Assembly: GCA_023128895.1 (NCBI GenBank) | Contig: JAGMDC010000011.1 | Span: 31,820-95,819 of the forward strand | Source of the DNA: Candidatus Parcubacteria bacterium | GTDB lineage: Bacteria > Patescibacteriota > Minisyncoccia > Minisyncoccales > JAGMDC01 | Length of the DNA stretch: 64,000 nt | Direction of reading: 5' to 3' | Part shown: piece after piece, positions 18,319 to 27,541 of the stretch | How the letters are laid out: the number at the start of each line of letters is the position of its first letter | Position numbering within the stretch: the stretch's first letter is position 1 | Made by a program: the position numbers and the translations under genes | The notes under the pieces: generated by a model | Database searches by the model: none | What the model was told of the DNA's origin: nothing | What the model saw: the letters and a program-made list of their open reading frames with translations, nothing else

Positions 18319-19965
18319 TCATTTTGACCACTTACACTCTCCTTCTAAACACTTGCAATCATATCCAAGTTGTTTGGGAGTGGGCCTAAGCGGAACTATG
18401 CATATAGAAACCATTGTGTCTTCAGTTTTGCTCTGGCAAATTTCTCCATTACAGCCAGAAATTAAACAATCACCATCTGTTTCACAAAAGCCATTCGTGG
18501 AAAAACCGTAATATTCTTGATCTTCTTTTGTCGCTTGTTTTATGTGTTTCTCTAAAAAGGCCCTGGTGGATGGTCCAAAATAGCCGGTGCCCTTTTTCAA
18601 ACCTACCGGTTCTAATATCTCTTTAGCATACTTTTCCTGAAATCCAGCCAAAGCGCTCTTAGTAATTTTGCCAAAATAACCGGCTGCCTTAACATCCGGC
18701 ATTTGCCATACTTTCTCGGCAATTAAAATTTTCTGAAGTTCTTTTACGTCATCTCCTCTCATTCCCAAATATAGATTCTTGTTCCAAGGGCTTATTGTCT
18801 TGCTTTTTATCGCCAAAGAAATACTTTGCTGTAAAACCTCTCTGGTTTTCGCGCCAAAATATCCGGTTCCTTTTTCTAAATCAAAAGGTTTCAAAATTCT
18901 TAACTCATTCATTTCTTGAAATTTCACAAGCGCGTTCTTGGTAACTCTGCCAAAATATCCGGTTGCTTCGACTTTCGCGTCCCATAGTCCCTCGTTAATT
19001 AAAATCTTTTGAAGGGCTTTTACATCATCTCCAAAACTTCCTTTCCCTAAATTCCTCTGCCAAATCTGCGGATAAAAAATCAAATCTTTTGTAAATTGAT
19101 TTAAAGAGCCGTAATAATCAAAAGAAGTTACTTTCACTTTTGAATCAAATAAACCAGCAACATCTTCGCTGACTTCCTGCAATTCCTTTTGGCTGAACTC
19201 TACTGGATACCTGAAATAACCCTTTTGATAAGGACGCCAATATCTCTCATTTAAAATTTCATCTTCAGTAATCAAAAAAACTTGAATATTTGCTCTGCTC
19301 TCGCTAATCTCTGAAACTCCGCTTATTAAAATTGGGTAATAAAGATAATCAGAATCAAATTTGTAAATCAACGGCTTTATGCTTTCCTCCCCTTCTTTTG
19401 TGTCAATTACGTCAAAAACAAAATGTTTTATATCCCTTTTTAAATAATTAGAAATTCCATTCCTGAATTTCATTGAGATTTCTTTTACTTCTAATCCTTT
19501 GCCTTCAGCAAAATCTTTGGTCCAGTCCAAAAAATAATCTAAGTCGTTCACTTTTACGACAGTTACATCATGCGCGCCAATTTTTTCGTGAAAGACAATT
19601 TCTACTCCGGCGGCTCCTGTTTTATTATCACCCTCTCTCCCATAGCCAGGAGTCTGAATTTTTTCAATCTTTTCGTTTATAATCTCTGTTATTTTTTCAA
19701 ACGACTCAAAATCTCCTTCTTTTATATCAGAAGGATTGGAAGGCAATGGCACCATTCTCAAAGCAGTAACAGATTCATCGCTTTCTACGTCGTTAGACAA
19801 AATTATTATCTCCTCTTGCCCGTTCCAAGCCACAATAGCGTTTTGAGCGGACTGGTTCAGTTCAACCTTGGGAGGCCAAACCATCATCCCTCCGTCAGCA
19901 AAAACAAAACTTGGCAGAACCAGGGCAAAAAATAATAGAACGACTAAAAAATTTATTTTACTCAT
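18319..19965 (-). CDS. secreted protein with two peptidoglycan-binding repeats and a C-terminal Cys-rich knot
   Basis: 548 aa with a signal peptide. Two PG_binding_1-like repeats are present (GDDVKALQKILINEGLW..GYFGRVTKNALVKFQ and GDDVKELQKILIAEKVW..GYFGKITKSALAGFQ). The tail is CETDGDCLISGCNGEICQS..CKCLEGECKW. Confidence 0.6.
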   Translation of the reverse strand: MSKINFLVVLLFFALVLPSFVFADGGMMVWPPKVELNQSAQNAIVAWNGQEEIIILSNDVESDESVTALRMVPLPSNPSDIKEGDFESFEKITEIINEKIEKIQTPGYGREGDNKTGAAGVEIVFHEKIGAHDVTVVKVNDLDYFLDWTKDFAEGKGLEVKEISMKFRNGISNYLKRDIKHFVFDVIDTKEGEESIKPLIYKFDSDYLYYPILISGVSEISESRANIQVFLITEDEILNERYWRPYQKGYFRYPVEFSQKELQEVSEDVAGLFDSKVKVTSFDYYGSLNQFTKDLIFYPQIWQRNLGKGSFGDDVKALQKILINEGLWDAKVEATGYFGRVTKNALVKFQEMNELRILKPFDLEKGTGYFGAKTREVLQQSISLAIKSKTISPWNKNLYLGMRGDDVKELQKILIAEKVWQMPDVKAAGYFGKITKSALAGFQEKYAKEILEPVGLKKGTGYFGPSTRAFLEKHIKQATKEDQEYYGFSTNGFCETDGDCLISGCNGEICQSKTEDTMVSICIVPLRPTPKQLGYDCKCLEGECKWSK

Positions 19966-20034
19966 ATCTTATTTCTTGATTTAATATATTAAAGATAATA
20001 TTTTTCTTATCAATAATAAACTAAAATCAAGTTT

Positions 20035-21318
20035 TTAAAATAATATTTTTTGTCTGATAAAATTTTTCTTTTCAATTTTGGAAAAAAATCTCACTTTGCC
20101 GAACACGCCGTCATAGCCCGGTTCCACGTTAACTCTCCCCTGCCTTACTCTAACAATCCCTTCCGCAATTTCCGGGGTAGACGCTTTGGACATATCATTT
20201 TGCTTTGCGTTCAATAAAATATGAAATTCGCTTCCGACTTCTTTAATTAAATTATCGTATTGCGCGGCAACGCGTTTTGACGCGGGACCAACGCCAAGCG
20301 CCTCGCCGATTATTTCCAGCAATGGCACTAAACTCTTGAAAGGAATCGCGTTATCTGGCTTAAAGCCCTCTGGCTTGTCTGCCAACTGCTCTATTCTGTT
20401 CATTACTCCAATAGTCAATGGCCTGCCGCAGGAAGGGCAAAGGTTATTGTATTTCTTTGATTCTTCTGGCGACAAACTCACATCGCACTCGCGATGACCG
20501 TCATAATGATACTTGCCTTCCTGCGGATAAAATTCAATCGTATACCCCAACTTTAATTGGTCGGAGCTCGGGTCTCCGCCCGCTTTTATGGCGGATGTTA
20601 TTGCATTATAACTTATTTTGTCAGACCCTTCAAACACATTTGCTTCCCTGCCCAGTTTCCCAGGGCTGTGCGCGTCGCTGTTTGAGATTAAAGTTGTTCT
20701 CCTGCCGTCTGGCAAACGCCAGAGCATTGCCGGGTCAGCGGAGAGGCCTGTTTCCAAAGCATAAATATATTTCGTGTAATCCTCAAAACATTCTTCCAGA
20801 GAGTCAAACCCGGACTTTGACCCAAACACGCCGAACCATGGCGTCATACAATGCGCTGGGATAATCAAGCAATCTTCTGAAACATTAAGAACGATTTTAG
20901 CCAGCTCTTTGGCGTCTAAACCCAGAATAGGCCGTCCGTCGGCCTTGAGATTGCCGATTTTCGCGAGTTCAGAATTGATTTTTTCAACGATTTGTATTGA
21001 AGGCGCGAGAACCACAATGTGGACTTTCCTTACTTTGCCTGCTTTAGAATAGATACAACTGATTTCCGAGGTCAAAATAAACCTTGTTTCCTGATTAAGT
21101 GGTCGGAGACCCGAGGTCCGACCAAATCTATATAATCCGGGTTCTGCCGGTTCTAATTGGTCTTTTAATTCTTTGAGCCATTGCGGATGCGTAAAATCGC
21201 CTGTACCTAAAATATCTATGCCTTTAATTTTAGCGAATTCAGACAAATGCTCTAAATCCGTTTTAGGCGAAGTCGCGCGCGAGTATTTGGAATGTATGTG
21301 AAAATCAGCAATAAACAT
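20035..21318 (-). CDS. PHP-domain nuclease, endonuclease Q-like
   Basis: 427 aa. N-terminal FIADFHIHSKYSRATS PHP motif, further His/Asp metal ligands, and a CPSCGRPLTIGVMNR zinc-finger-like segment as in the EndoQ family. Confidence 0.6.
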   Translation of the reverse strand: MFIADFHIHSKYSRATSPKTDLEHLSEFAKIKGIDILGTGDFTHPQWLKELKDQLEPAEPGLYRFGRTSGLRPLNQETRFILTSEISCIYSKAGKVRKVHIVVLAPSIQIVEKINSELAKIGNLKADGRPILGLDAKELAKIVLNVSEDCLIIPAHCMTPWFGVFGSKSGFDSLEECFEDYTKYIYALETGLSADPAMLWRLPDGRRTTLISNSDAHSPGKLGREANVFEGSDKISYNAITSAIKAGGDPSSDQLKLGYTIEFYPQEGKYHYDGHRECDVSLSPEESKKYNNLCPSCGRPLTIGVMNRIEQLADKPEGFKPDNAIPFKSLVPLLEIIGEALGVGPASKRVAAQYDNLIKEVGSEFHILLNAKQNDMSKASTPEIAEGIVRVRQGRVNVEPGYDGVFGKVRFFSKIEKKNFIRQKILF

Positions 21319-21334
21319 TATTTAATTATAACAA
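21319..21334 (-). promoter_or_regulatory. extended -10 promoter abutting the EndoQ-like start (candidate leaderless mRNA)
   Basis: The minus-strand sequence reads TTGTTATAATTAAATA-ATG, i.e. TGnTATAAT ending 6 nt before the ATG. Confidence 0.35.
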
Positions 21335-21490
21335 ATTGGATGGGATAAGGAAAACAAAACCCATGCTGGTCTCAATTGGATTTTTTCAAAAATTAACCTT
21401 TTGTATAGCTTCATATTTATTAACTATGTGGTTAATAATTCTATACATAGAATATCCTATAATTTAATTTTCTAAAATTTTGCTTCTTGT

Positions 21491-21537
21491 AATCATTACT
21501 TAATCATTACCTTAAATCCTACCCAATCATTACCTTA
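21491..21537. repeat. three direct repeats AATCATTAC(C)TTA at the 3' end of the intact Fic gene
   Basis: Copies lie at 21491-21502, 21502-21514 and 21525-21537. The last one overlaps the Fic stop codon. Confidence 0.6.
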
Positions 21538-22597
21538 AAATATAATAAACGCTTCTGCCTTTTCCAGCTTTTTTAATCACCTTACTTTTAATTAAATCCT
21601 GCAATAACTTATAGGCTGTCTTGTTGCTTACTTTTAATAAATCCCTTATTTGTCTATTGGTTATTTTTCCTTGTTTCTGCAAAAATTCTACCACCTTAAT
21701 TTGCTTATAGTCCAACGCCACTTGCTCGGCTTTGCGGTCTTTTTTCCTGCCCTTTGTTAACATTATTATTTTGTCTTTTACTGCTTTAGCGCTTACTGCC
21801 ACGCCCTCGCAGAAATACTCAATCCACGCTGTTAAATCTAAAATTTTGGGGTCAACGGTTTTCAATGCTTCGTAATAGCGCGGTCTGTCAGAATTATAAA
21901 AATCATCTAATGCAAAAAATCTTTTTGTGTCAAATCCCTGTCTTAACAAAATTAAACTTGCTAATGCTCTGGCGGTTCTGCCATTGCCATCTACAAATGG
22001 GTGTATTCTTACAAATTCGTAGTGCGTAATCCCTGCTTCTAATACAGTGTCTACTTCTTTTGCCTCTTTGCTGTTTAGCCAAACTATAAATTTTTTCATT
22101 TCTGCAGCCACTTCTTTTGCTGGCGGCGGCATAAAAGTAATGCGTCTGGTGAATTGCCCTACTCGTTCGGCTACCACTACTCTCCCTCGCTTCTTCTCGT
22201 CTACTGGTGTGCGGTAATGTCCGCTATTTTTCGGATCGCCTAATACTCCTTTAGTGATAATCTTGTGTAGTTTTAAAATATCCTTTTGAGCAATTTCTTT
22301 TTCTTTCGCTAGGGTATCTAAATGTTTCAGGGCTTCAAAATAATTCAGCACCTCTTTTTTGTCTTTTGCGGCGGCTGTTATTTCTCGCCCTATCATCAAA
22401 TCGCTCACTTCTCCAAGCGATAATTTGTTGCCCTCAATACTTGTTGAGGCGTGAGCGCTTTTGATTAAAGCCTGACGCCTTAAATCAATTTCCCATTTTG
22501 GTACAAGCGGCGCGTTTAAGATAATAGTCCGAGCTTCGGCTATCTCTGACAAAAAACGAATTGTTTTATTTGTAATTGTAAAATTTGGTTTAAACAT
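21530..22597 (-). CDS. Fic family protein with a C-terminal winged-helix domain
   Basis: Fic motif HPFVDGNGRTARAL. The ORF opens at 22639, but MFKPNFTIT (ATG at 22597) matches the paralogue's N-terminus. The C-terminal wHTH is KITNRQIRDLLKVSNKTAYKLLQDL. Confidence 0.9.
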   Translation of the reverse strand: MFKPNFTITNKTIRFLSEIAEARTIILNAPLVPKWEIDLRRQALIKSAHASTSIEGNKLSLGEVSDLMIGREITAAAKDKKEVLNYFEALKHLDTLAKEKEIAQKDILKLHKIITKGVLGDPKNSGHYRTPVDEKKRGRVVVAERVGQFTRRITFMPPPAKEVAAEMKKFIVWLNSKEAKEVDTVLEAGITHYEFVRIHPFVDGNGRTARALASLILLRQGFDTKRFFALDDFYNSDRPRYYEALKTVDPKILDLTAWIEYFCEGVAVSAKAVKDKIIMLTKGRKKDRKAEQVALDYKQIKVVEFLQKQGKITNRQIRDLLKVSNKTAYKLLQDLIKSKVIKKAGKGRSVYYILR

Positions 22598-22674
22598 AAA
22601 TATAATTAGTGAATCTTGGATTGATAAATCATTATTCATTCTACCAAAAAATCGCCTTCAATAAAAGACGAATA

Positions 22675-22701
22675 AAAAATCCCGCCAAACGCGGGATTTT
22701 T
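22675..22701 (-). terminator. intrinsic terminator after the 751-aa LTD gene
   Basis: aaaaatcccgc-caaa-gcgggattttt. There is a U-run on the minus-strand transcript, and the structure would work in both directions. Confidence 0.65.
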
Positions 22702-22714
22702 AATTCGTGATTCA

Positions 22715-24970
22715 TTATTCATCTGGTGGCGGTTCAACTGGCGCTGGTGCGGGCACCTCAACTGGTTCTGGAGTAATAACTGGTTCGGGTTCAATAACTG
22801 GTTCGGCTCCCTCCTCTGTTTCTGAAGGAACTTGCGTAGGCAAGGGTTCAGGCTCGCCCGCCTGAATGCCCGAAAGGCTTTGCGTAGGTTCAATTGTCGG
22901 AGGTTCAACCTCCGATTGTTCTAACTCGGACTCAATTTTCGGAAGTCCGACTTCCGAAAATTCTGGTTCGGGTTCATCTATAGACAATCCTTCGACAGGC
23001 GCTTCAGCGTCTATTGGAACTTCCTCTGCGTTATCGTTATTGCCATCTCCAATCTCGTCAACAGCGCTCTCTGTATCCACGCTGCCTGTTGCGACAAAAG
23101 TATTGTTATTAATAATTAATGTGTCTAAAACTTCCTCATCTCCGCTGTCAACCTCATCATCATCATTTGTCGGAGGTTCAACCTCCGATTGTTCAGGCGC
23201 TTCATCGCTGGTCTCGTTCACAGGTGCTTCGGCGATAGATTCATCGCCAATGTCATCGCCCGCCCCGCCGTTGCCATCAAACTCAACAACAGCGTCCTCT
23301 ACACCAGGCGCGCTTATTCCGACAAAAGTATTGTTATTAATAATTAATGTGTCTGGCACTTCATTATCGTTAACGATTTCCTCAAAAGTTTCTTCGGGAG
23401 AAGTTTCTTCATCGTTCATTCCTTCAACAAGTATTTCTTCATCAGGTATTTCTTCAACGAGTATTTCTTCAACGAGTATTTCTTCAACGAGTATTTCTTC
23501 AACGAGTATTTCTTCAGACGATTCTATCGTCTCAAAAAGCAACATTTCTAATACTTCGGATTCAGTTAATAAAGGAGGACAAAAATCATTATCACTTTTA
23601 TCCCATGTCTGAACCATAAAATTCTCAGGCCCTTCTGCTGATATTTTTATTTTAATATCAGCGCCCACAAATCGGTGGTCGTAAGGAATTGTCCACTCGT
23701 ATTCTCCATCATTATAAGTATCATCAACAATTTTATAAAAACAATTATTACCGTGCTTATTGCAGAACCAGATATCTATTTTCAAATTTTCGTCAGAACC
23801 ATTATAATTGAAAGCTTCCCAACTTATAGGATAAATTCCAAACCAAAGATGAGCCAAATGAGGAGGAACAATGAACCACTGCTCTCCTCCATTAGGATAT
23901 AAAACAGTAACTTCGGGCAAACCAAGATATTCCCAATCAGAAACTTTGTCAGTGTCAAAACCTGTCGGCACCCTGCCCAGCACATTGCCTTTTGCCGCGC
24001 CGAGCACTCCAGGGTTCCATACATTTGAATTCCAATTTTGCCAACCATTGTTAGAATATCCCCAATTCATCTGGTCAATAATATTTCCGTGACTATCCTT
24101 CAAGATAAGCATATCAGCAACATTATCCAGCCAGCCGTTTGCTGGCGCTGTTCCTAAATTTATAGTTTCAACAAAATCAGGCACATCCCAATATTCAGTC
24201 CAAGTAGTATTGTCATGGGAAAGCAAAGCATATCCAAGGGTAGGAACATTTACTTGCTTGTCAATAACTTTACATTGGCTATTATTGCAAATTTCCCATT
24301 TCTCAATATTTATATCTTCGTCTGTGGGATTATAAAGTTCTATCCATTCATTTTTCTGCTCTGTGCCATGCTCTGAATCAACATTATAATACACTTTATT
24401 TATTACTAAATAGGGCTCAAATTGCGTGCTAATTATTGTATTTTCAATTTCTTCATAGTCGCTGAAACCAGCACAATCGCCAAGTTGAACGCCATCAAAA
24501 ATAAACTTAAAATTACAAATTTTGTTTTCAAATTCTGGATTATCATCTGGCAAACTCGCGATAAACTCCCAGTTCTCTGTCTCAAAAAATTTCCCTGCTT
24601 CAAAAATAAAATCTGTTAAATTCCCGATATATTCAGATTCTCCGTTGTCTAAATTAGCGTCTAATCGCAAAGCGTTGCAAAAATCCGTGTCACCGGAAAA
24701 CTCATCCGCGTAAACCGTATATTGAAAACCCAAACTGCCGTTGTTAATAACGCTAATAGCCCGTTTCGCGGGTTGCGTCAAGGATACTAATGGAAGAAAA
24801 TTTGCTAAAGAAGAAAGAGAGAAATCCAATGTGCTGATTTCTATCACATTGCTTCCAGAATTTTCAATATCGCGAAAATGCGCCAACTCTTCGTTCACAG
24901 CCAAAACCCCAGGTATATTCAAACCCAGAATCATTAACAACGCAATTATTTTGGTGATATATTTAAACAT
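22715..24970 (-). CDS. secreted protein: TasA/SipW-type N-terminus + lamin-tail domain + Ig-like domain + acidic low-complexity tail
   Basis: 751 aa. The signal region is followed by LAHFRDIENSGSNVIEISTLDF. The LTD motif is [37 protein letters not shown]. It has a PNGGEQW Ig-like module and EEILV, D/E-rich and PEP-rich tails. It is a paralogue of 36787-38790. Confidence 0.75.
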   Translation of the reverse strand: MFKYITKIIALLMILGLNIPGVLAVNEELAHFRDIENSGSNVIEISTLDFSLSSLANFLPLVSLTQPAKRAISVINNGSLGFQYTVYADEFSGDTDFCNALRLDANLDNGESEYIGNLTDFIFEAGKFFETENWEFIASLPDDNPEFENKICNFKFIFDGVQLGDCAGFSDYEEIENTIISTQFEPYLVINKVYYNVDSEHGTEQKNEWIELYNPTDEDINIEKWEICNNSQCKVIDKQVNVPTLGYALLSHDNTTWTEYWDVPDFVETINLGTAPANGWLDNVADMLILKDSHGNIIDQMNWGYSNNGWQNWNSNVWNPGVLGAAKGNVLGRVPTGFDTDKVSDWEYLGLPEVTVLYPNGGEQWFIVPPHLAHLWFGIYPISWEAFNYNGSDENLKIDIWFCNKHGNNCFYKIVDDTYNDGEYEWTIPYDHRFVGADIKIKISAEGPENFMVQTWDKSDNDFCPPLLTESEVLEMLLFETIESSEEILVEEILVEEILVEEILVEEIPDEEILVEGMNDEETSPEETFEEIVNDNEVPDTLIINNNTFVGISAPGVEDAVVEFDGNGGAGDDIGDESIAEAPVNETSDEAPEQSEVEPPTNDDDEVDSGDEEVLDTLIINNNTFVATGSVDTESAVDEIGDGNNDNAEEVPIDAEAPVEGLSIDEPEPEFSEVGLPKIESELEQSEVEPPTIEPTQSLSGIQAGEPEPLPTQVPSETEEGAEPVIEPEPVITPEPVEVPAPAPVEPPPDE
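23431..23520 (-). repeat. 15-bp tandem repeat (6 units) encoding (EEILV)n
   Basis: gtatttcttcaacga repeated head-to-tail, in frame inside the LTD protein. Confidence 0.9.
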
Positions 24971-24999
24971 TTGCCCTGTTAAAAATTAAACTCTTTACA

Positions 25000-25026
25000 G
25001 TCTCCCGCTAAATTTTAGCGGGAGAC
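25000..25026 (-). promoter_or_regulatory. intercistronic stem-loop between the TasA-like gene and the LTD gene
   Basis: gtctcccgctaaa-t-tttagcgggagac. The perfect ~13-bp arms lack a downstream U-run on the minus strand. Confidence 0.5.
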
Positions 25027-25052
25027 AAAAAACCTCAATTCAGGCATTTTTA

Positions 25053-26231
25053 TTAGATATCGGTATCGTCGTATGTAATCAAATTCATCTCAAACAAATA
25101 CTCTGAAGGATGCCAATCTGCCATACCAGGCTCAGTGTAATCGCTAGACAAAACTAACCAAATCTTAGCGCCAACTGGATAATTAGCGTCAGCAGAATCT
25201 GGTAAATCCATCCCTAAGTTAACAATCTGACCGGGATCATTTATACTGCCAATACCATCTGTAGTATGAGTGCCAATCAATTTACCCGGATGGTTTCCTG
25301 ACCATGGGTCAGCATAATAAATCAAATCATAACTTGTGGTTGGATTAAGCCCTGAAGCTGTAAAATCATAATCAAAAGTCGAACCTGAAGTATTGTAAGT
25401 CAAAGTTCCAGTAGCGCCGTTAGGTTCCCAAGTATCACCATCTTTCGCTTTTAGAGTAAGCAAACCGCTTCCTTCGCTTGTTGGAGCTGGAGCGCTAATT
25501 TGTCTTGCTTCTAATTCAATGTCAAATGTCATTTTATCGCCTTGCGCCCAGTTAGTGATTGTTTCAACTCCGGCGTCATCCCAAGCCATTAAATGGTAAC
25601 TTTGGCTAACTGCCAGAGGTTCGTCCACTTCTAATTCATTATCTAATTTAATCCAAATGCCATTAACATTGTCGATTCTTACCTGATTGGTTTCCGGAAT
25701 GATAACTATCCATTTGCCAGTAGTTAAATCCGGCGCGCTAGTGGCAGGATTAGCAGAATCAAGAACAGGACAATCGGAAGTATTTACTACACCATAACAA
25801 AAATACATGTCGTAAACTACATAAGCAGAAAGATTGTCTCGCTCTATGTAACCACCTACAACACAATTACCGCTTGCGTCAAATGTTCCGCCACCTTCTG
25901 TATATTCTGGTTCGGAAGAAGCTACACCACAAAAACTACTATCTCCGCCATCAGTCGCTACATTCATAATTCTTTTCCAAACATTAACTGGATTTGTGCC
26001 CACATTTTTGATGGTAAAATTCATGTAATTCGTCTGGCAAGGTTTGTCAAGCAACATTGGATAAGTTGTGTTCCATGGATTTTGACCAGCAACAGAAATA
26101 TCAATTGTTCCAATTGCCAATGTGTTTCCTATGCTTTTTTCAGTATCACTAAGAAAAGAAATAGTAACGCCAGTGGCAATTACGCCGACAACGGTAATAA
26201 GTGATAAACTAACTAATATTGTTTTGTTCAT
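25053..26231 (-). CDS. TasA/CalY (camelysin)-like secreted protein, paralogue C
   Basis: 392 aa. N-terminus MNKTILVSLSLITVVGVIATGVTISFLSDTEKSIGNTLAIGTIDISV, the SipW-cognate type. The proximal 5' region is identical to that of 26411-27280. Confidence 0.75.
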   Translation of the reverse strand: MNKTILVSLSLITVVGVIATGVTISFLSDTEKSIGNTLAIGTIDISVAGQNPWNTTYPMLLDKPCQTNYMNFTIKNVGTNPVNVWKRIMNVATDGGDSSFCGVASSEPEYTEGGGTFDASGNCVVGGYIERDNLSAYVVYDMYFCYGVVNTSDCPVLDSANPATSAPDLTTGKWIVIIPETNQVRIDNVNGIWIKLDNELEVDEPLAVSQSYHLMAWDDAGVETITNWAQGDKMTFDIELEARQISAPAPTSEGSGLLTLKAKDGDTWEPNGATGTLTYNTSGSTFDYDFTASGLNPTTSYDLIYYADPWSGNHPGKLIGTHTTDGIGSINDPGQIVNLGMDLPDSADANYPVGAKIWLVLSSDYTEPGMADWHPSEYLFEMNLITYDDTDI

Positions 26232-26410
26232 TTTAATTTTTATTAATGAATTATGAATTAAGAATTAAATTCAATAATTCATTAATTCGTTAATTGTTTA
26301 ATTTTTTAATTTGCTTTCGACCTTTTTCAGACTTATTTCAAAATAATTTTTCTGCTACAATCCACAAAATTGAGGCAACTGAAAAGGATTCAATTCAGAA
26401 ATTACTGTGT

Positions 26411-27280
26411 CTATATCCCACTAAACGGATCAGTCGGGTCATTATGCGTTGCCTGAACAACCTCAAAAATTGAATCACTAACATATGAGTCGCTCTGAAT
26501 AATATTGCCTGCGCTTGAACCATCACAGGTTAAATCTCCTGTGGCAACATTTGGCATAGTTCCTACGCACCAAGCAACGCCAATGTAATAAGTCTTATTT
26601 TCTCCGAATGGAATGTATATGCCAGTTGTTGGATCTTTGAGTTCTACCCAATCTCCCGCTGAATCATTGCCAGTGCCATAAACTAAGGTGCCAAGCTCCA
26701 CACCATTTAAAATATTATCTCCTTCTTCTAGATCATCTAGTTGTCCATATCCCCACTGGCTGCCCATATCAAACCAAATCGCAAAATCCATATTCGCGCC
26801 TAACTCGCCAGACACATCACTTCCTGGGTTGCCACAAGTTGTACCTGTACAAGTTTGTGTTGCAGGGTTCCATGTTCCTCCCTCAACAACACATTCTGGA
26901 ACATTACAACCATTGTCATAATTTTCTATATTATCTATTTTAAACCGCACATAAGCGTCATCGCCGGTTACATGCATACTAATAGTCGCTTCACCAAAAT
27001 CGCCTGACTTAAGACCTATAAAATTAAAGAATTTCTCGTCTATTAAATCTCTAGCGTCCCACTTGCAAGCGCAAGCTATACCTGTATCATCCCATGTGCC
27101 TCCAGTGCAATCCATACCATTGAAATGGCAATCGCTGTCTATCTTAAGATCTAAAATCCCCATAGCGAAAGTGCCGCTTTCACTCTTTTCAAAATCGCTC
27201 TGAAACGCTATAGTACCGCCAACGGCAATTACGCCAACAGCGGCAATAATCGATAAACTAATTAGTATTGTTTTGTTCAT
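26411..27280 (-). CDS. TasA/CalY (camelysin)-like secreted protein, paralogue B
   Basis: 289 aa. MNKTILISLSIIAAVGVIAVGGTIAFQSDFEKSESGTFAMGILDLKI. The mature part is Cys-rich. Confidence 0.75.
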   Translation of the reverse strand: MNKTILISLSIIAAVGVIAVGGTIAFQSDFEKSESGTFAMGILDLKIDSDCHFNGMDCTGGTWDDTGIACACKWDARDLIDEKFFNFIGLKSGDFGEATISMHVTGDDAYVRFKIDNIENYDNGCNVPECVVEGGTWNPATQTCTGTTCGNPGSDVSGELGANMDFAIWFDMGSQWGYGQLDDLEEGDNILNGVELGTLVYGTGNDSAGDWVELKDPTTGIYIPFGENKTYYIGVAWCVGTMPNVATGDLTCDGSSAGNIIQSDSYVSDSIFEVVQATHNDPTDPFSGI

Positions 27281-27403
27281 TTTAATTTTTATTAATGAAT
27301 TATGAATTAAGAATTAAATTCAATAATTCATTAATTCGTTAATTGATTAATCGTTTTTAGTATTTTCGACCTTTTAATTTTTTATATTTCAAAATTCAAA
27401 AAT

Positions 27404-27437
27404 TAAAAAAACTCCTTGCTTTTGCTAAGAAGTTTTT
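27404..27437 (-). terminator. terminator-like hairpin inside the 5' leader of the TasA-like operon (candidate attenuator)
   Basis: Minus-strand RNA reads aaaaacuucuu-agcaaaagc-aaggaguuuuuuuaauuuuu. The block is conserved at 39914-39947. It lies downstream of the promoter at 27542-27569. Confidence 0.5.
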
Positions 27438-27541
27438 GTAATATGAAAATTTTGTTGAAAATTGTATTTCCACAAATTGACATATCTAGCCCTCCAACTA
27501 AATAAATTATGTGTCAAAAAATTATGTCCTCTGTATTGTAA

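Noticed and set aside
23431-23520. A 15-bp tandem repeat considered as a possible phase-variation or non-coding array.
   Set aside because: It is a multiple of 3 and in frame, and it encodes (EEILV)n within the 751-aa protein. Copy-number change would alter length but not frame. I list it as a coding repeat only.
22866-23612. 248-aa plus-strand ORF antisense to the LTD gene. Similar antisense ORFs occur at 29623-30147, 36711-37283, 35622-35975 and 10843-11121.
   Set aside because: All lie opposite low-complexity or repeat-coding segments of well-supported genes. All translate to monotonous Ser-, Ala/Leu/Val- or Gly-rich strings. They are typical antisense artefacts.
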